Assembly (NCBI GenBank): GCA_051880415.1 | Contig: JBJENX010000050.1 | Location: 2,594 to 66,593, forward strand | DNA: 64,000 bases | Source of the DNA: Lachnospiraceae bacterium | GTDB taxonomy: Bacteria > Bacillota > Clostridia > Lachnospirales > Lachnospiraceae | Direction of reading: 5' to 3' | Part shown: in pieces, positions 47,510 to 57,784 of the stretch | How positions within the stretch are numbered: position 1 is the first letter of the stretch | Layout: each line of letters begins with the position of its first letter | Position numbers and translations under genes: made by a program | Notes under the pieces: generated by a model | The model's database searches: none | Told to the model about the DNA's origin: nothing | What the model saw: the letters and a program-made list of their open reading frames with translations, nothing else

Positions 47510-49414
47510 ATGTGTGGAATTAACGGATTATTTGATTTTAAAAGAAAATATAATATGGAAAAAAGCTGGGAAATTGTACATCGGATGAACGAGCACATTA
47601 TATATCGTGGACCAAATCATGAGGGTATATATCAGCATGAGAATGTTACAATGGGAATGCGTAGACTTTCTATTGTAGATTTAAATTCTGGAAATCAACC
47701 GGTATTTAATGAGGATAAAAGTATAGCCGTAGTTTTTAATGGTGAAATATACAATTTTCAACAGCTTCGAGTGGAATTACAGGAGTGTGGTCATTATTTC
47801 TATACCAATACAGATACTGAGGTAATAGTCCATGCTTATGAAGAGTATGGTATTGGTTTTTTGGATAAAATTGATGGGATGTTTGCTTTTTCTTTATATG
47901 ATCAAAGCAAAGAAGAATTGTTAATTGCAAGAGATCGTATGGGGGAAAAACCATTATATTACTATGTAGACGATAACCGGTTTTTGTGGGCATCAGAATT
48001 AAAAAGTATTATTGGAACCGGGATCGTTCCAAAGGAAATATCAAAGCAGGGATTGAATCAGTATTTACAGTTGACATATATTCCTGCTCCGTTATCCATC
48101 TATAATAACGTTTATAAGGTTCTGCCGGGACATTACCTGTGTGTATCTCAGGAAGGTACTGTGAAAGATGGAGAATATTGGAGTCTTCGTAATATAAAAA
48201 AGAATACTGATATTACATATGAAGAGGCTCAGCAGAGATTGAAAGAATTAATAAAATCCTCAGTTCGGGACAGAATGGTATGTGATGTTTCTTATGGTGC
48301 ATTTTTATCTGGTGGTATTGATTCTGGTACGATAGTTGGAATTATGTCAGAGTTAGCTGAGAGTCCGGTTGACACTTTTACAATGGGATTTCAGGAAAAG
48401 GAATATGATGAAAGAAAACGTGCGAAAAAGGTTGCACAGATGCACAAAACCAATCACCATGAATATGTGCTAGACTTTGGTCAGGTACTTGAAAAACTGG
48501 ATTTAATTTTAGAAAAGATGGACGAACCTTTTTCTGATCCATCTTTGCTTCCGACTTACTTTGTTTCCGAATTTGCAAGTGAACATGTTAAAGTTGTTTT
48601 AACAGGTGATGCAGGAGACGAACTGTTTTTGGGATATAATAAATATTTGATTAATTATTACAGCACGATGTATAAAAAGTTTCCTAAGTGGATGAGATTT
48701 CTTTTTAAAAGTATTGTATTGAAACTTCCGGACAAATCTGCATTAACCAGAAAAATGCGTAAGGTATTAAATTGTGCAGAAAAAGATATATTTACTCAGA
48801 GGAAAGAATTAATGACTTGTGGATTTAAGGAATATGAATGTTCTTTACTTTTGAAAAATCAGTTTTATGATAAAAATAGTATGGATTTTGTTTTGCATAA
48901 ATATGAAGAGTTGAAAAATTCTACAGAATGGAGTAAGACACAGTATCTGGATTTAAATATAGTGTTAGAAGGTGATATGCTGACAAAGGTTGATCGGGCA
49001 AGCATGCTGCATTCTTTAGAAACAAGAACACCTTTGTTATCAAGAGATATTATTGAATTTGCATTTAGTCTTCCGGATGATTATAAAATTAAAGGGAAAA
49101 AATTGAAAAGTATTATGAAAGATGCTTTTTCAGATTTATTACCAAAAGGATTTGTCAATATGCCAAAATCAGGTTTTGAAATCCCGCTGGATTATTGGTT
49201 TCGAAATCAGATGCAGAGTGAAATAGAGGAATTGTTAAATGAAGAAACTATCTGTGAACAGGGAATTTTTGATGAATCATATGTGCGGCAGATTTTAGAG
49301 GAACATTATTCTGGTAGGAAAAATCGAAAATCTGAGATATGGACACTGTTTGTGTTCCAAAAATGGTATATGAAAGAATTTGCAAATAAAGGAAATGAAT
49401 CATGTGTAAGGTAA
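47510..49414 (+). CDS. Asparagine synthase (glutamine-hydrolysing) family amidotransferase
   Basis: MCGI gives the N-terminal nucleophile Cys. The PP-loop is FLSGGIDSGTIVG. It is 634 aa long. Confidence 0.9.
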   Translation: MCGINGLFDFKRKYNMEKSWEIVHRMNEHIIYRGPNHEGIYQHENVTMGMRRLSIVDLNSGNQPVFNEDKSIAVVFNGEIYNFQQLRVELQECGHYFYTNTDTEVIVHAYEEYGIGFLDKIDGMFAFSLYDQSKEELLIARDRMGEKPLYYYVDDNRFLWASELKSIIGTGIVPKEISKQGLNQYLQLTYIPAPLSIYNNVYKVLPGHYLCVSQEGTVKDGEYWSLRNIKKNTDITYEEAQQRLKELIKSSVRDRMVCDVSYGAFLSGGIDSGTIVGIMSELAESPVDTFTMGFQEKEYDERKRAKKVAQMHKTNHHEYVLDFGQVLEKLDLILEKMDEPFSDPSLLPTYFVSEFASEHVKVVLTGDAGDELFLGYNKYLINYYSTMYKKFPKWMRFLFKSIVLKLPDKSALTRKMRKVLNCAEKDIFTQRKELMTCGFKEYECSLLLKNQFYDKNSMDFVLHKYEELKNSTEWSKTQYLDLNIVLEGDMLTKVDRASMLHSLETRTPLLSRDIIEFAFSLPDDYKIKGKKLKSIMKDAFSDLLPKGFVNMPKSGFEIPLDYWFRNQMQSEIEELLNEETICEQGIFDESYVRQILEEHYSGRKNRKSEIWTLFVFQKWYMKEFANKGNESCVR

Positions 49415-50289
49415 GTGTATTAATGAGTGTATATCATGAGAAAGAAGAGTATTTAAGAAGAAGCATTGAAAGCATTTTGAACCAGACATTTGAGGATTTT
49501 GAATTTCTCATTTATGATGATGCTACGTCTATGGATAATAAAGTGATATTGCAAGAGTATGCAAGGAATGATTCCAGAATTAGAATTATTGAAAATCCGG
49601 AGAATCGAGGTTTAACTTATAATTTAATACGTGGTGTAAAGGAAGCGAGAGGCGATTATATTGCAAGAATGGATAGTGACGATATCAGCAAAGAGTTTCG
49701 CTTGAAAAAACAGGTGAAATATATGGATTGCCATCCGGATGTGGCACTTCTGACTACTAGTGTAGATTGGATAGGAGGAAAAAGAAATTTGGTACGTCGA
49801 TGGATTACGTCAGGAGATTATCTTAAGGCCACTCTATTGTTTAACAACAGTTTTCCTCATCCTACAGCCATGATGCGAAGGAAATATTTGGAGCAGTATG
49901 AACTTAACTATGATATTCAAATGAAAAAAGCTCAAGATTATGATTTCTGGGTTCGAATTGCAGAGAAAGGAAAAATTGCCTTTTTAAGAACTTCTTGCGT
50001 GAAATATAGAATACATGAAGAACAGATTTCTCAGCGTAATTCTAAAGAACAAAATTGTTTTGCTAATCAGATTCGTATACGACAATTACAAAATATGGGG
50101 ATAATATTATCCACAGAGGATGAGCAGATATATCTGACCTTTTGTGACGGAAGGTTGGGAATGAAGGTTTTGAGCTGTTGGAAAAGAATTAAACGGATAA
50201 AAAAAGAGATTCTTATGAGCGGAAATTATAATAATTTCTGGATAAACTACCTGTTTTGGTTTCGTTTTATTAGAAATTGTATATGTTGA
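49402..50289 (+). CDS. GT2 glycosyltransferase
   Basis: Has VSVLMSVYHEKEEYLRRSIESILNQTF, IYDDATS and RMDSDD. Confidence 0.85.
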   Translation: MCKVSVLMSVYHEKEEYLRRSIESILNQTFEDFEFLIYDDATSMDNKVILQEYARNDSRIRIIENPENRGLTYNLIRGVKEARGDYIARMDSDDISKEFRLKKQVKYMDCHPDVALLTTSVDWIGGKRNLVRRWITSGDYLKATLLFNNSFPHPTAMMRRKYLEQYELNYDIQMKKAQDYDFWVRIAEKGKIAFLRTSCVKYRIHEEQISQRNSKEQNCFANQIRIRQLQNMGIILSTEDEQIYLTFCDGRLGMKVLSCWKRIKRIKKEILMSGNYNNFWINYLFWFRFIRNCIC

Positions 50290-50301
50290 TAAGGGGATAA
50301 A

Positions 50302-51510
50302 ATGGACATAAAGAATACAATCAAAAATCACATTTCATGGAAGGTATTAGATGAATTAAAAGAAATACGTTCGTATCCTGCAACTCGTAGGATGGACAAG
50401 ATTTATAGTGAGTATTGTTCGACAGTAAATATTTTGGAGCAGAAAAATAAAATAGAAAAAAAAGCATTAGAATATGTGAAGAATCTTCAGGTAGAAAATG
50501 CAAGATATCGATTTTCTGAAGATGCACCGCAAGAATCTCTGTATGCTTCTGTTTTTGCATGCCTTGTTAAAGGTTTGTTTGATGCTATTTCTGAGGCAGA
50601 GCAACAGGAATGGCTGGATTATTTCAATCAATGTCAAAGGAAAGAAGATGGTCTGTTTGATGATGGAATCATAAATGATACTTTATATTATACAGATAAA
50701 AGAGGATATGGGGCACGACATTTGGCAGGGGTCATCATTAATGCTTATGATCGCTTAGGTGGGATTCCGCCATATGAATTTCAATATCTTAACGAATACA
50801 AAGAGCCGGATAGCATGATTCATTGGCTGTCTAATCTGGATTATAGACGTATTTGGGGAAGCAGTAATGAGATTATGAATGTTGGAACGGTTATGCAGTT
50901 TGCCAGAGACAGAATGGGAATGCCATTTGATGATGCTTTGGAAGCAATGGAGGATTTTTTGTTAAAAAAAATACGAAAGGAATATGGCCTGTGGTATGAA
51001 GGCAATATTGACAGCAAAACAGGAATGTATGAAGCAATACGTGGTGCATATCATATATTTCCGGTGTTGTGGTATGATAATATAGAAATTCCTTATGCAG
51101 ACCGTTGTTTGGAACTGTTGTATCGCAGTCAAAATGCGTGGGGTGGATTTGATAATTTAATTGGTTCAGGCGCCTGTGAAGATATCGATGCTATTGATCC
51201 CTTACTTCGTTTATCCATTCAGGAAAAGAAAGATACACAGGAGTTGAAGGAGATATTAGAACGGGCAGAGCGTTGGATTTTGTTTAATCAGAATACGGAT
51301 GGCGGTTTTGTATTTGATCGAAAGGGCAGATTTGATTGGGGGAAACAGGAGAGCTTGTCCAGTGCCAGTCAGCATAGTAATATTTTTGCCACATGGTTTC
51401 GAATATTGTCATTGCAATTAATTGATAATTATCGCAATCAGAATAATGAACATCGGATTTGGACACCGTCATATGAATGTCCCTTGTTTCAGAAAAGAGA
51501 AATTAAATGA
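50302..51510 (+). CDS. Hypothetical cytoplasmic protein with prenyltransferase/terpene-cyclase-like (alpha/alpha toroid) repeats
   Basis: Repeat-like QNAWGGFDN and QNTDGGFVFDR motifs recur. No signal peptide or TM helix is present. Confidence 0.4.
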   Translation: MDIKNTIKNHISWKVLDELKEIRSYPATRRMDKIYSEYCSTVNILEQKNKIEKKALEYVKNLQVENARYRFSEDAPQESLYASVFACLVKGLFDAISEAEQQEWLDYFNQCQRKEDGLFDDGIINDTLYYTDKRGYGARHLAGVIINAYDRLGGIPPYEFQYLNEYKEPDSMIHWLSNLDYRRIWGSSNEIMNVGTVMQFARDRMGMPFDDALEAMEDFLLKKIRKEYGLWYEGNIDSKTGMYEAIRGAYHIFPVLWYDNIEIPYADRCLELLYRSQNAWGGFDNLIGSGACEDIDAIDPLLRLSIQEKKDTQELKEILERAERWILFNQNTDGGFVFDRKGRFDWGKQESLSSASQHSNIFATWFRILSLQLIDNYRNQNNEHRIWTPSYECPLFQKREIK

Positions 51511-52901
51511 AAACGAATTTAGTAAAAAATACAATTTGGTTATCAATTGGTACTGTGCTTTCAAAGGGATTACTATTTATAATGCTTCCTCTATTTACTG
51601 CATGGTTGACTACAGAAGAATATGGAATATTTGATTTGCTATATACCTATGTTTCCCTATTGATTCCTGTTCTTACACTTGCTACAGGAGAAGGAGTGTT
51701 CCGGTTTTCTATTGAGAGTTCAGAGCAGGAACGGAAGCAGTACATTACAAATGGTTTTGGAATTATAACATTAAATTATATCCTTTTTGCAGTTGTTTTG
51801 ATCATTGTAAATATGTTTGTTCCGATTTCATATTTAGGAGCATTTCTGCTTTTGCTTTTGGGAAGTCTTTTGAATGAGTATTTGTCTGCTTATTTACGTG
51901 CAACAAAGCAACTTAAGATATATTCTTTTAGTAATGCAATTTCTGTGGTTTTAATTGCATTAATGGTTACGTTATTGGTTTATTTTCTACATTGGGGCGT
52001 ACAGGGAATCTTGCTGGGGTATGCGATTGGTTATATTGTTGGGGACTTTTTAATTTTATTGATTGCGAGATTCTTTCAAAACTTTTCTTTTTACACAATG
52101 AATTGTTCAGTCATACGCCGTTTGGTTAAGTATTCTGTTCCACTGGTATTAAATAATATTTCATGGTGGTTCATGAATGTCTCAGACCGATCGATGGTTT
52201 CTTATTATTGGGGAAATGGGGCAAATGGCATCTATGCTATTGCTTGTAAGATACCATCGCTTTGTACGGCTATTTTTAGTGTGTTTAATATATCCTGGCA
52301 GCAGACGGCATCTGAGATGATTAATGAAGCAGAGATAGAAGCATATTTTAATCAGGTATATAATCGGATGGTTCGTGTTTTAGTTTCTATATGCAGTGGG
52401 ATTCTGGCGTGTAATTTTTTGTTCTTTCAATTCTTTTTTGAAAACAAATATTATGAAGCACATTATTATGTAGGCCTTCTTGTAACGGCGGCAATGCTTT
52501 TATCCTTGTCTCAATTCTACGGTGGAGTGCAGATTGCATTAAAACAACCTAAATGGGTAGGATATACCACGGCTATTGGAGCAATTGTGAATGTAGTGCT
52601 AAATGTGGCAACTATTCAGTTTTGGGGATTGACTGCTGCGTCAGCCACTACGTTAATTGGAAATGCAGTAATTTTATTGATTCGAAAGATACATGTTGAA
52701 AAAAAATATTGTATTCGTGTGAATAAAGATGGATATCTTTATCTTATGATTTATTTATATTTTGCGATTTCTTCTTATTTTGTGAAAAATATGATTTTTA
52801 ATTGCATAAATTTGTTGCTTGCAGTTGTACTTTTTTGTATTATTAATAAGGATTATGGAAGACGATTTGTCATGGCATGGAAGAAAAGAGGAAAACAATG
52901 A
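51507..52901 (+). CDS. wzx: Wzx-type oligosaccharide flippase (MOP superfamily)
   Basis: The N-terminus is KNTIWLSIGTVLSKGLLFIMLPLFTAWLTTEEYG. About 12-14 TM helices follow. The start overlaps the upstream stop (ATGA). Confidence 0.8.
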   Translation: MKTNLVKNTIWLSIGTVLSKGLLFIMLPLFTAWLTTEEYGIFDLLYTYVSLLIPVLTLATGEGVFRFSIESSEQERKQYITNGFGIITLNYILFAVVLIIVNMFVPISYLGAFLLLLLGSLLNEYLSAYLRATKQLKIYSFSNAISVVLIALMVTLLVYFLHWGVQGILLGYAIGYIVGDFLILLIARFFQNFSFYTMNCSVIRRLVKYSVPLVLNNISWWFMNVSDRSMVSYYWGNGANGIYAIACKIPSLCTAIFSVFNISWQQTASEMINEAEIEAYFNQVYNRMVRVLVSICSGILACNFLFFQFFFENKYYEAHYYVGLLVTAAMLLSLSQFYGGVQIALKQPKWVGYTTAIGAIVNVVLNVATIQFWGLTAASATTLIGNAVILLIRKIHVEKKYCIRVNKDGYLYLMIYLYFAISSYFVKNMIFNCINLLLAVVLFCIINKDYGRRFVMAWKKRGKQ

Positions 52902-53704
52902 AATTAATAAATGGATGGAAGCGTTATAAAAAATGTATCAGAACCTTTGGATTTTTGGATGGATGCCGGATGTTTTTATCGTTGCTGGATATGAGGGTCA
53001 GACGTTCAGAAAAAAAGAAAGAGTTTGCAGTAAGAGTTCCAAGATTAAAAAAACAATATTTGTATCTTAGAAAAAATTCTACTGATTTGTTTTTGGCAAT
53101 GGAATTACTGTGTAAGGATGGAGAGTATGATTTTATGTTAGAGGAACCATATAGGGCATTGTTGGAGAACGCACAGGTAATTGTAGATGCCGGGGCAAAT
53201 ATCGGTTTATTTTCTCTGATTTGTAAAAGTATTAATTCTAGGGCAAAGATTATCTGTATTGAACCGGAAAGTGATAATTACCATCTTTTATCTAAAAATG
53301 TAATAGATGGGACATGTTATAAAAATGGGTTATGGAATAAAGATGCAAAACTGCAGGTTGTACCAAGAAATACCGGGGAATGGGGATTTATTGTCAAAGA
53401 AGTGGAAGAATCTGCATCTAATACAGATGTAATTGAAGCAATTAGTATTGATTCGATTATGAATCGAGAAGAAATTAACCATATTGATATTTTGAAAATA
53501 GATATTGAGGGCTCTGAGTATGAGCTATTTGATGAAACGGCAGAAGCATGGTTAGATCAGGTAAAGTGTCTTATTATAGAGTTGCATGATAGGATAAAGG
53601 AAGGATGTTCAAAACGGGTACTGGAACGGATGGCATCACATGATTTTTCATATAGTAAATATGGTGAAAATTATGTTTTTATAAAAAAACAACTAGAGAG
53701 GTAA
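52898..53704 (+). CDS. FkbM-family methyltransferase
   Basis: Has VIVDAGANIGLFSL and ILKIDIEGSEYELF. ATG at 52898 overlaps the wzx stop (ATGA). Confidence 0.8.
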   Translation: MKLINGWKRYKKCIRTFGFLDGCRMFLSLLDMRVRRSEKKKEFAVRVPRLKKQYLYLRKNSTDLFLAMELLCKDGEYDFMLEEPYRALLENAQVIVDAGANIGLFSLICKSINSRAKIICIEPESDNYHLLSKNVIDGTCYKNGLWNKDAKLQVVPRNTGEWGFIVKEVEESASNTDVIEAISIDSIMNREEINHIDILKIDIEGSEYELFDETAEAWLDQVKCLIIELHDRIKEGCSKRVLERMASHDFSYSKYGENYVFIKKQLER

Positions 53705-53708
53705 CGAT

Positions 53709-54779
53709 GTGGATGAACTTCAACAAATAATTCGAATTGTAATAGTAGGAAGTATATTATTGATATCCTGTTATTTGACAGGGAGTCTGGTAAATAAAAG
53801 CTGGAAAATTGAATCAGATAAAGGAATTCTTTTTCGAGTTTCTAGTATTAGCATTATAGGGTGGCTGATAGAATTAGCGATTTTTCAAATTCTTAGTGTA
53901 CCTATGGTTATTTTGAATATTCCTTTTACAAATTTAGTATATATATATACATTATGTATTGTGGTGATTTCTTTTGTTGCTGTTTTAGTCTGCAGAAAAG
54001 AACTTTTTTTAATATCCCCAAAAAAGTTTGAGGGATGGAATCTTTATCGTGTATTTGCAATCGGATTAATATTGTTTCAGATAGTTTTTCTGTTTTTTTT
54101 ATATCAGGTGTCTGAAGATGGGATTTTTGATTACACGGTAGTTGCAAATACAATTCGATGTAATACGATGTTTCGAACCTATCCATATACCGGATATGAA
54201 TGCAGTCTGGTATATTTTTCAGATCGCTTTATTAACGGATATTATATGTATCGGGCTTTTCTTACAAAGGTTATGGATTTCCATCCAACAATGGTGGGAC
54301 GAACGATTCTTCCACCAATTAGTTTAATGCTATCGTATGCTTGCTATTATCGATTAGGAAATTATTTGCTTAGAGATGATAAGAAAACAGATATATTTAT
54401 GATATTTTTGAGTGTACTTAATATCTTTGGTTCTGTACGTTTGACCCCTATGGTAACATTAATGACAGATGCAACAAATGGAAAAACTCTATTTGTAAAC
54501 ATCGTTTTTCCATTAATGATTTTGAGTTTTTTGAGCCAACTGGAAAGTAGTAACAAAAAGAAACATTATTTCTTTTTGCTACTACTAAACATATGTGCAT
54601 CGGCAATGTCTACTACAAGTTTGTTCTATGCAGCATTCATTACGGTTTTGTTTGCCGGAATTGTGGCATATAAGAAAAAAAGAATTAGAGAACTTTTGTA
54701 CTCCTTTTTGACAATCATACCCAATATTGTGTATTTTATTCTTTATTTTTTGGAAAAGGGGTTTGAGTTATGGAAATGA
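53709..54779 (+). CDS. Polytopic membrane protein, module A copy 1 (uncharacterised, possibly DUF6077-like)
   Basis: About 10 TM helices. It is a paralog of 56735-57781; for example FHPTMVGRTILPPISLMLSY aligns with FHVTTIAHTIIPAVFLLIGY. Confidence 0.5.
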   Translation: MDELQQIIRIVIVGSILLISCYLTGSLVNKSWKIESDKGILFRVSSISIIGWLIELAIFQILSVPMVILNIPFTNLVYIYTLCIVVISFVAVLVCRKELFLISPKKFEGWNLYRVFAIGLILFQIVFLFFLYQVSEDGIFDYTVVANTIRCNTMFRTYPYTGYECSLVYFSDRFINGYYMYRAFLTKVMDFHPTMVGRTILPPISLMLSYACYYRLGNYLLRDDKKTDIFMIFLSVLNIFGSVRLTPMVTLMTDATNGKTLFVNIVFPLMILSFLSQLESSNKKKHYFFLLLLNICASAMSTTSLFYAAFITVLFAGIVAYKKKRIRELLYSFLTIIPNIVYFILYFLEKGFELWK

Positions 54780-55627
54780 TTTGGGGTTGGTTGATTGGAA
54801 TTATAACTGAATGGATGACTTCTTGGCAAGGTAGCGGTTTGTTTATATTGTTTTTGTTTTCTCTGCTGTATTTGTTTAAATATAAAGAAGAAAAAATGAG
54901 TATCATATTGATATTCTGTATAAGTATTTTAATTTTATTTTTTAATCCGATTTTCTATGGAATAATGATAGATATTTTTAAAATGTATACGCTTTATCCG
55001 AGATTGTTATTATGTATGCCAATTAGTATAGTTATTGCATATGTATGTACGGAATTGGTTTGTAATAGTAGTAATTGTAAAGAGTGTAATACAAGACTTA
55101 TTGTTGGAATGCTAATAGTTATTTTTGCAGGTAACTGTGTTTATTCTACCGATCAAATAAGCAAATCAGAAAATTGGTATCATATTCCTTCTGAAGCAAT
55201 TGACATTGTGGAAGCACTCGAAGGGGACTCCGGTAATCTTGAAGAAGTTGTTGTTGCGATGCCTTATTATCCTGCGTGCAGATTTGTATACCTTGTGGAT
55301 GATTCCTTCCATATGCCTTACGGACGAAGAGGATGGGGAAGCACCGGTCCGGAATCAAAAGAGTTATCGGAACATTTATTTGACCATTCTTGGGATTATG
55401 ATATTATATTAAAAGATGCATATATATGTAATTGTAATTATCTGGTTGTGTATAAGGATGTACCTTCGGATGGATTTTTATCATATGGCTGTCAGATTGT
55501 TGGTGAGACTGATAACTATTATATATATAGTATGAAGGATTATGTTGCAGAATCCCCTGGGATAGAAGAACAGCGATTGAAGTATATTGAACAATGGGGT
55601 GGAAATGATTGGAGAAAATCAGAGTGA
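54770..55627 (+). CDS. Membrane protein with extracytoplasmic C-domain, module B copy 1
   Basis: 4-5 N-terminal TM helices and a soluble domain. It is a paralog of the first ~240 aa of 57785-59350 (FNPIFYGI/YNPLIYYI; HMPYGRRG/SMPYGRDA; NYLVVY/EYLVVIY). Confidence 0.5.
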   Translation: MEMIWGWLIGIITEWMTSWQGSGLFILFLFSLLYLFKYKEEKMSIILIFCISILILFFNPIFYGIMIDIFKMYTLYPRLLLCMPISIVIAYVCTELVCNSSNCKECNTRLIVGMLIVIFAGNCVYSTDQISKSENWYHIPSEAIDIVEALEGDSGNLEEVVVAMPYYPACRFVYLVDDSFHMPYGRRGWGSTGPESKELSEHLFDHSWDYDIILKDAYICNCNYLVVYKDVPSDGFLSYGCQIVGETDNYYIYSMKDYVAESPGIEEQRLKYIEQWGGNDWRKSE

Positions 55628-56688
55628 TGGATAATAGAAGCTTAAGCGAAAAAGAGTTTTCAAATAAAATTAAGCTCATTTCCTTTGTAATGGCATGTAT
55701 GGTTGTTTCATGGCATAATTACACAAATCTGACTTATAATTTGGATGATGGTATGATGAGTGAATTTGTTAAATTATTTGTGCAGGTTATACATAATATT
55801 GAACAAATTGCGGCAGTACCCTTTTTCTTTTTAATTTCTGGTTTTCTTTTTTTTCGTAATTATACACTGAAGGATACAGGGAAAAAGTGGAAATCTCGAA
55901 TTCGTTCGATAGTTGTTCCTTGGATTCTGTGGGGAAGTTTAAATTGGATTGGTTTTTTGATTCTGGATTTGTTGACTGGTTATCAAGTTGAAAGTGTGGA
56001 TTTTAGTCTGGATAGTTATTGTTCTGTAGTATTTGCAAATAAAGGGACAATATATTGGTATTTACAAACCAGTATATTCTTTTTTCTTCTGGCACCGTTG
56101 CTATATCTGTTGCTCCGAAATTATGGAAAACCTACAGGGACGATTGTGTTATGTATTGTAATGGGTATTTGTACAAGCAGTATAATGCCGGACGGTAATA
56201 TAGTCGATGGGTCTTTGGGTGGATTTTTGCCATCAAGAATTTACAATATAGGGTATTTTATGCTTGGAAGTTATATTGCAATTAATCATCAGAAACTTGT
56301 ATTTATAAGGAGTAAAGAGCTAACAATATTTGGTGTAATAGGAAGTGTAATTTGTTCCGTTTTGGTACAATTTTTCCCAGCGAAGGGAATTCTATTATCC
56401 GTTTTTTGTATTTGTGTCTGGTTTGCATTTGATTGTGTTGATTTTAATAAAGAATTTCCATGGTTTGTTGAGATGAGCTTTTTTATTTATATGCTACATT
56501 CTCCGGTTATAAATATTATTAGAAGAGTTTTTTTATACGTTGGAGGTCAAGCATCTCCGGTGTGTGCTTTTGCAAGTTTTATTCTTTCACCACTACTAAC
56601 CTTGATTGTAGTGTTATTTATGGCATATGTTTTGAAGAAGTATTTTAATAGAGTTTGGAAACTTTTGAATGGTGGACGTGCATCATGA
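55609..56688 (+). CDS. Acyltransferase family 3 membrane O-acyltransferase (third copy)
   Basis: Has KIKLISFVMACMVVSWHNY and is polytopic. The alternative start at 55627 overlaps the upstream stop. Confidence 0.75.
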   Translation: MEKIRVMDNRSLSEKEFSNKIKLISFVMACMVVSWHNYTNLTYNLDDGMMSEFVKLFVQVIHNIEQIAAVPFFFLISGFLFFRNYTLKDTGKKWKSRIRSIVVPWILWGSLNWIGFLILDLLTGYQVESVDFSLDSYCSVVFANKGTIYWYLQTSIFFFLLAPLLYLLLRNYGKPTGTIVLCIVMGICTSSIMPDGNIVDGSLGGFLPSRIYNIGYFMLGSYIAINHQKLVFIRSKELTIFGVIGSVICSVLVQFFPAKGILLSVFCICVWFAFDCVDFNKEFPWFVEMSFFIYMLHSPVINIIRRVFLYVGGQASPVCAFASFILSPLLTLIVVLFMAYVLKKYFNRVWKLLNGGRAS

Positions 56689-56734
56689 TATAATTGTAAA
56701 TGATATTTTGAGTTGCAATACAGGAGATATTAAT

Positions 56735-57781
56735 ATGGTTTTATTAAAATGTGTTATTTTTATATTGATAGTTGTTTTGATTCCCATGTTGATTGGTGAA
56801 TTGGTTGTTTACAGGGATAATTCGGATTTTTTACAGTCTGTCTTTATGAAATATATGATGGGATTTTTTGCTGTAATGTCGCTTTTTTGGATATTATGTC
56901 TTGTGATGACTTTTTTAAAGATTTCATTTACTAAACTATGCATTGTTTATTCTGGTTGTCTTGTGTTATTAAGTATTATTTCAATTTGTCTGTGTTATGT
57001 AAAAGAACAGAAGTGGAAGAAAAAGTGGAAATATTCCAGACCGAAGGGATGTGAGATATTATATTTAATTCTGTTCGTTTTTCTTTTAGGGGTACAGGTT
57101 TATTATTCTGTTTTTTATGATTCTACAATATGGAGTTATGATGATGTAACCTATGTGGTGTTATCTCAGGATACAATTAGCAGTGACCATATGTATATGT
57201 CAAATGAAGTAACTGGATTAATGACAGACTTTTCTCCTAAACGTGTTTTAAATTCATGGCCGATTTATATAGCATATTTATCTAAAATGACAGGGTTTCA
57301 TGTGACAACAATTGCACATACAATTATTCCTGCTGTTTTTCTTCTTATTGGATATGGAGTATATAATTTTCTTGCGACTGGTTTGCTGAAGGATAGAGAG
57401 GATAGACTGATATTTTTGTGTATACTTTCTGTTCTGTTTATTTTTGGATTCCATACGCCATACTCCTTGACATTTCGTTTTTTGATTACATTATGGCAGG
57501 GGAAAGCTGTATTATTTGCGATTGTATTGCCGTTTCTGTTTGCTTTTTTGCCAAGGATTTACGAACGGAAGTTTTATATGAGAACAGCTTGTTATTTGCT
57601 CATTACGTCTATGACAGCATGTTCTCTTACAATGATGGGGTCTGGAATGACAATTGCAGTTTGTGTAGTAATGTGGATGGTTTTTTCAGTATGTAAGCGG
57701 AGATTAACAGGTACATGGTATTGTTTTTGGGGTTCGATAATTCCTGCCATTCAAATGGGTATATATTTATTGTTGAGGTGA
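56735..57781 (+). CDS. Polytopic membrane protein, module A copy 2
   Basis: ATG at 56735 follows AGGAGA; the ORF-track start is 56669. It is a paralog of 53709-54779. Confidence 0.5.
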   Translation: MVLLKCVIFILIVVLIPMLIGELVVYRDNSDFLQSVFMKYMMGFFAVMSLFWILCLVMTFLKISFTKLCIVYSGCLVLLSIISICLCYVKEQKWKKKWKYSRPKGCEILYLILFVFLLGVQVYYSVFYDSTIWSYDDVTYVVLSQDTISSDHMYMSNEVTGLMTDFSPKRVLNSWPIYIAYLSKMTGFHVTTIAHTIIPAVFLLIGYGVYNFLATGLLKDREDRLIFLCILSVLFIFGFHTPYSLTFRFLITLWQGKAVLFAIVLPFLFAFLPRIYERKFYMRTACYLLITSMTACSLTMMGSGMTIAVCVVMWMVFSVCKRRLTGTWYCFWGSIIPAIQMGIYLLLR

Positions 57782-57784
57782 AAT

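Noticed and set aside
54770-54779. Possible frameshift splitting one gene into ORFs 53709-54779 and 54770-55627 (pseudogene)
   Set aside because: The paralogous pair 56735-57781 / 57785-59350 is split at the equivalent position. The two-gene layout is therefore ancestral and not a recent disruption.
57418-57696. 92-aa plus-strand ORF in an alternative frame inside module A'
   Set aside because: It is fully embedded in a longer ORF that has paralog support and it has no RBS.
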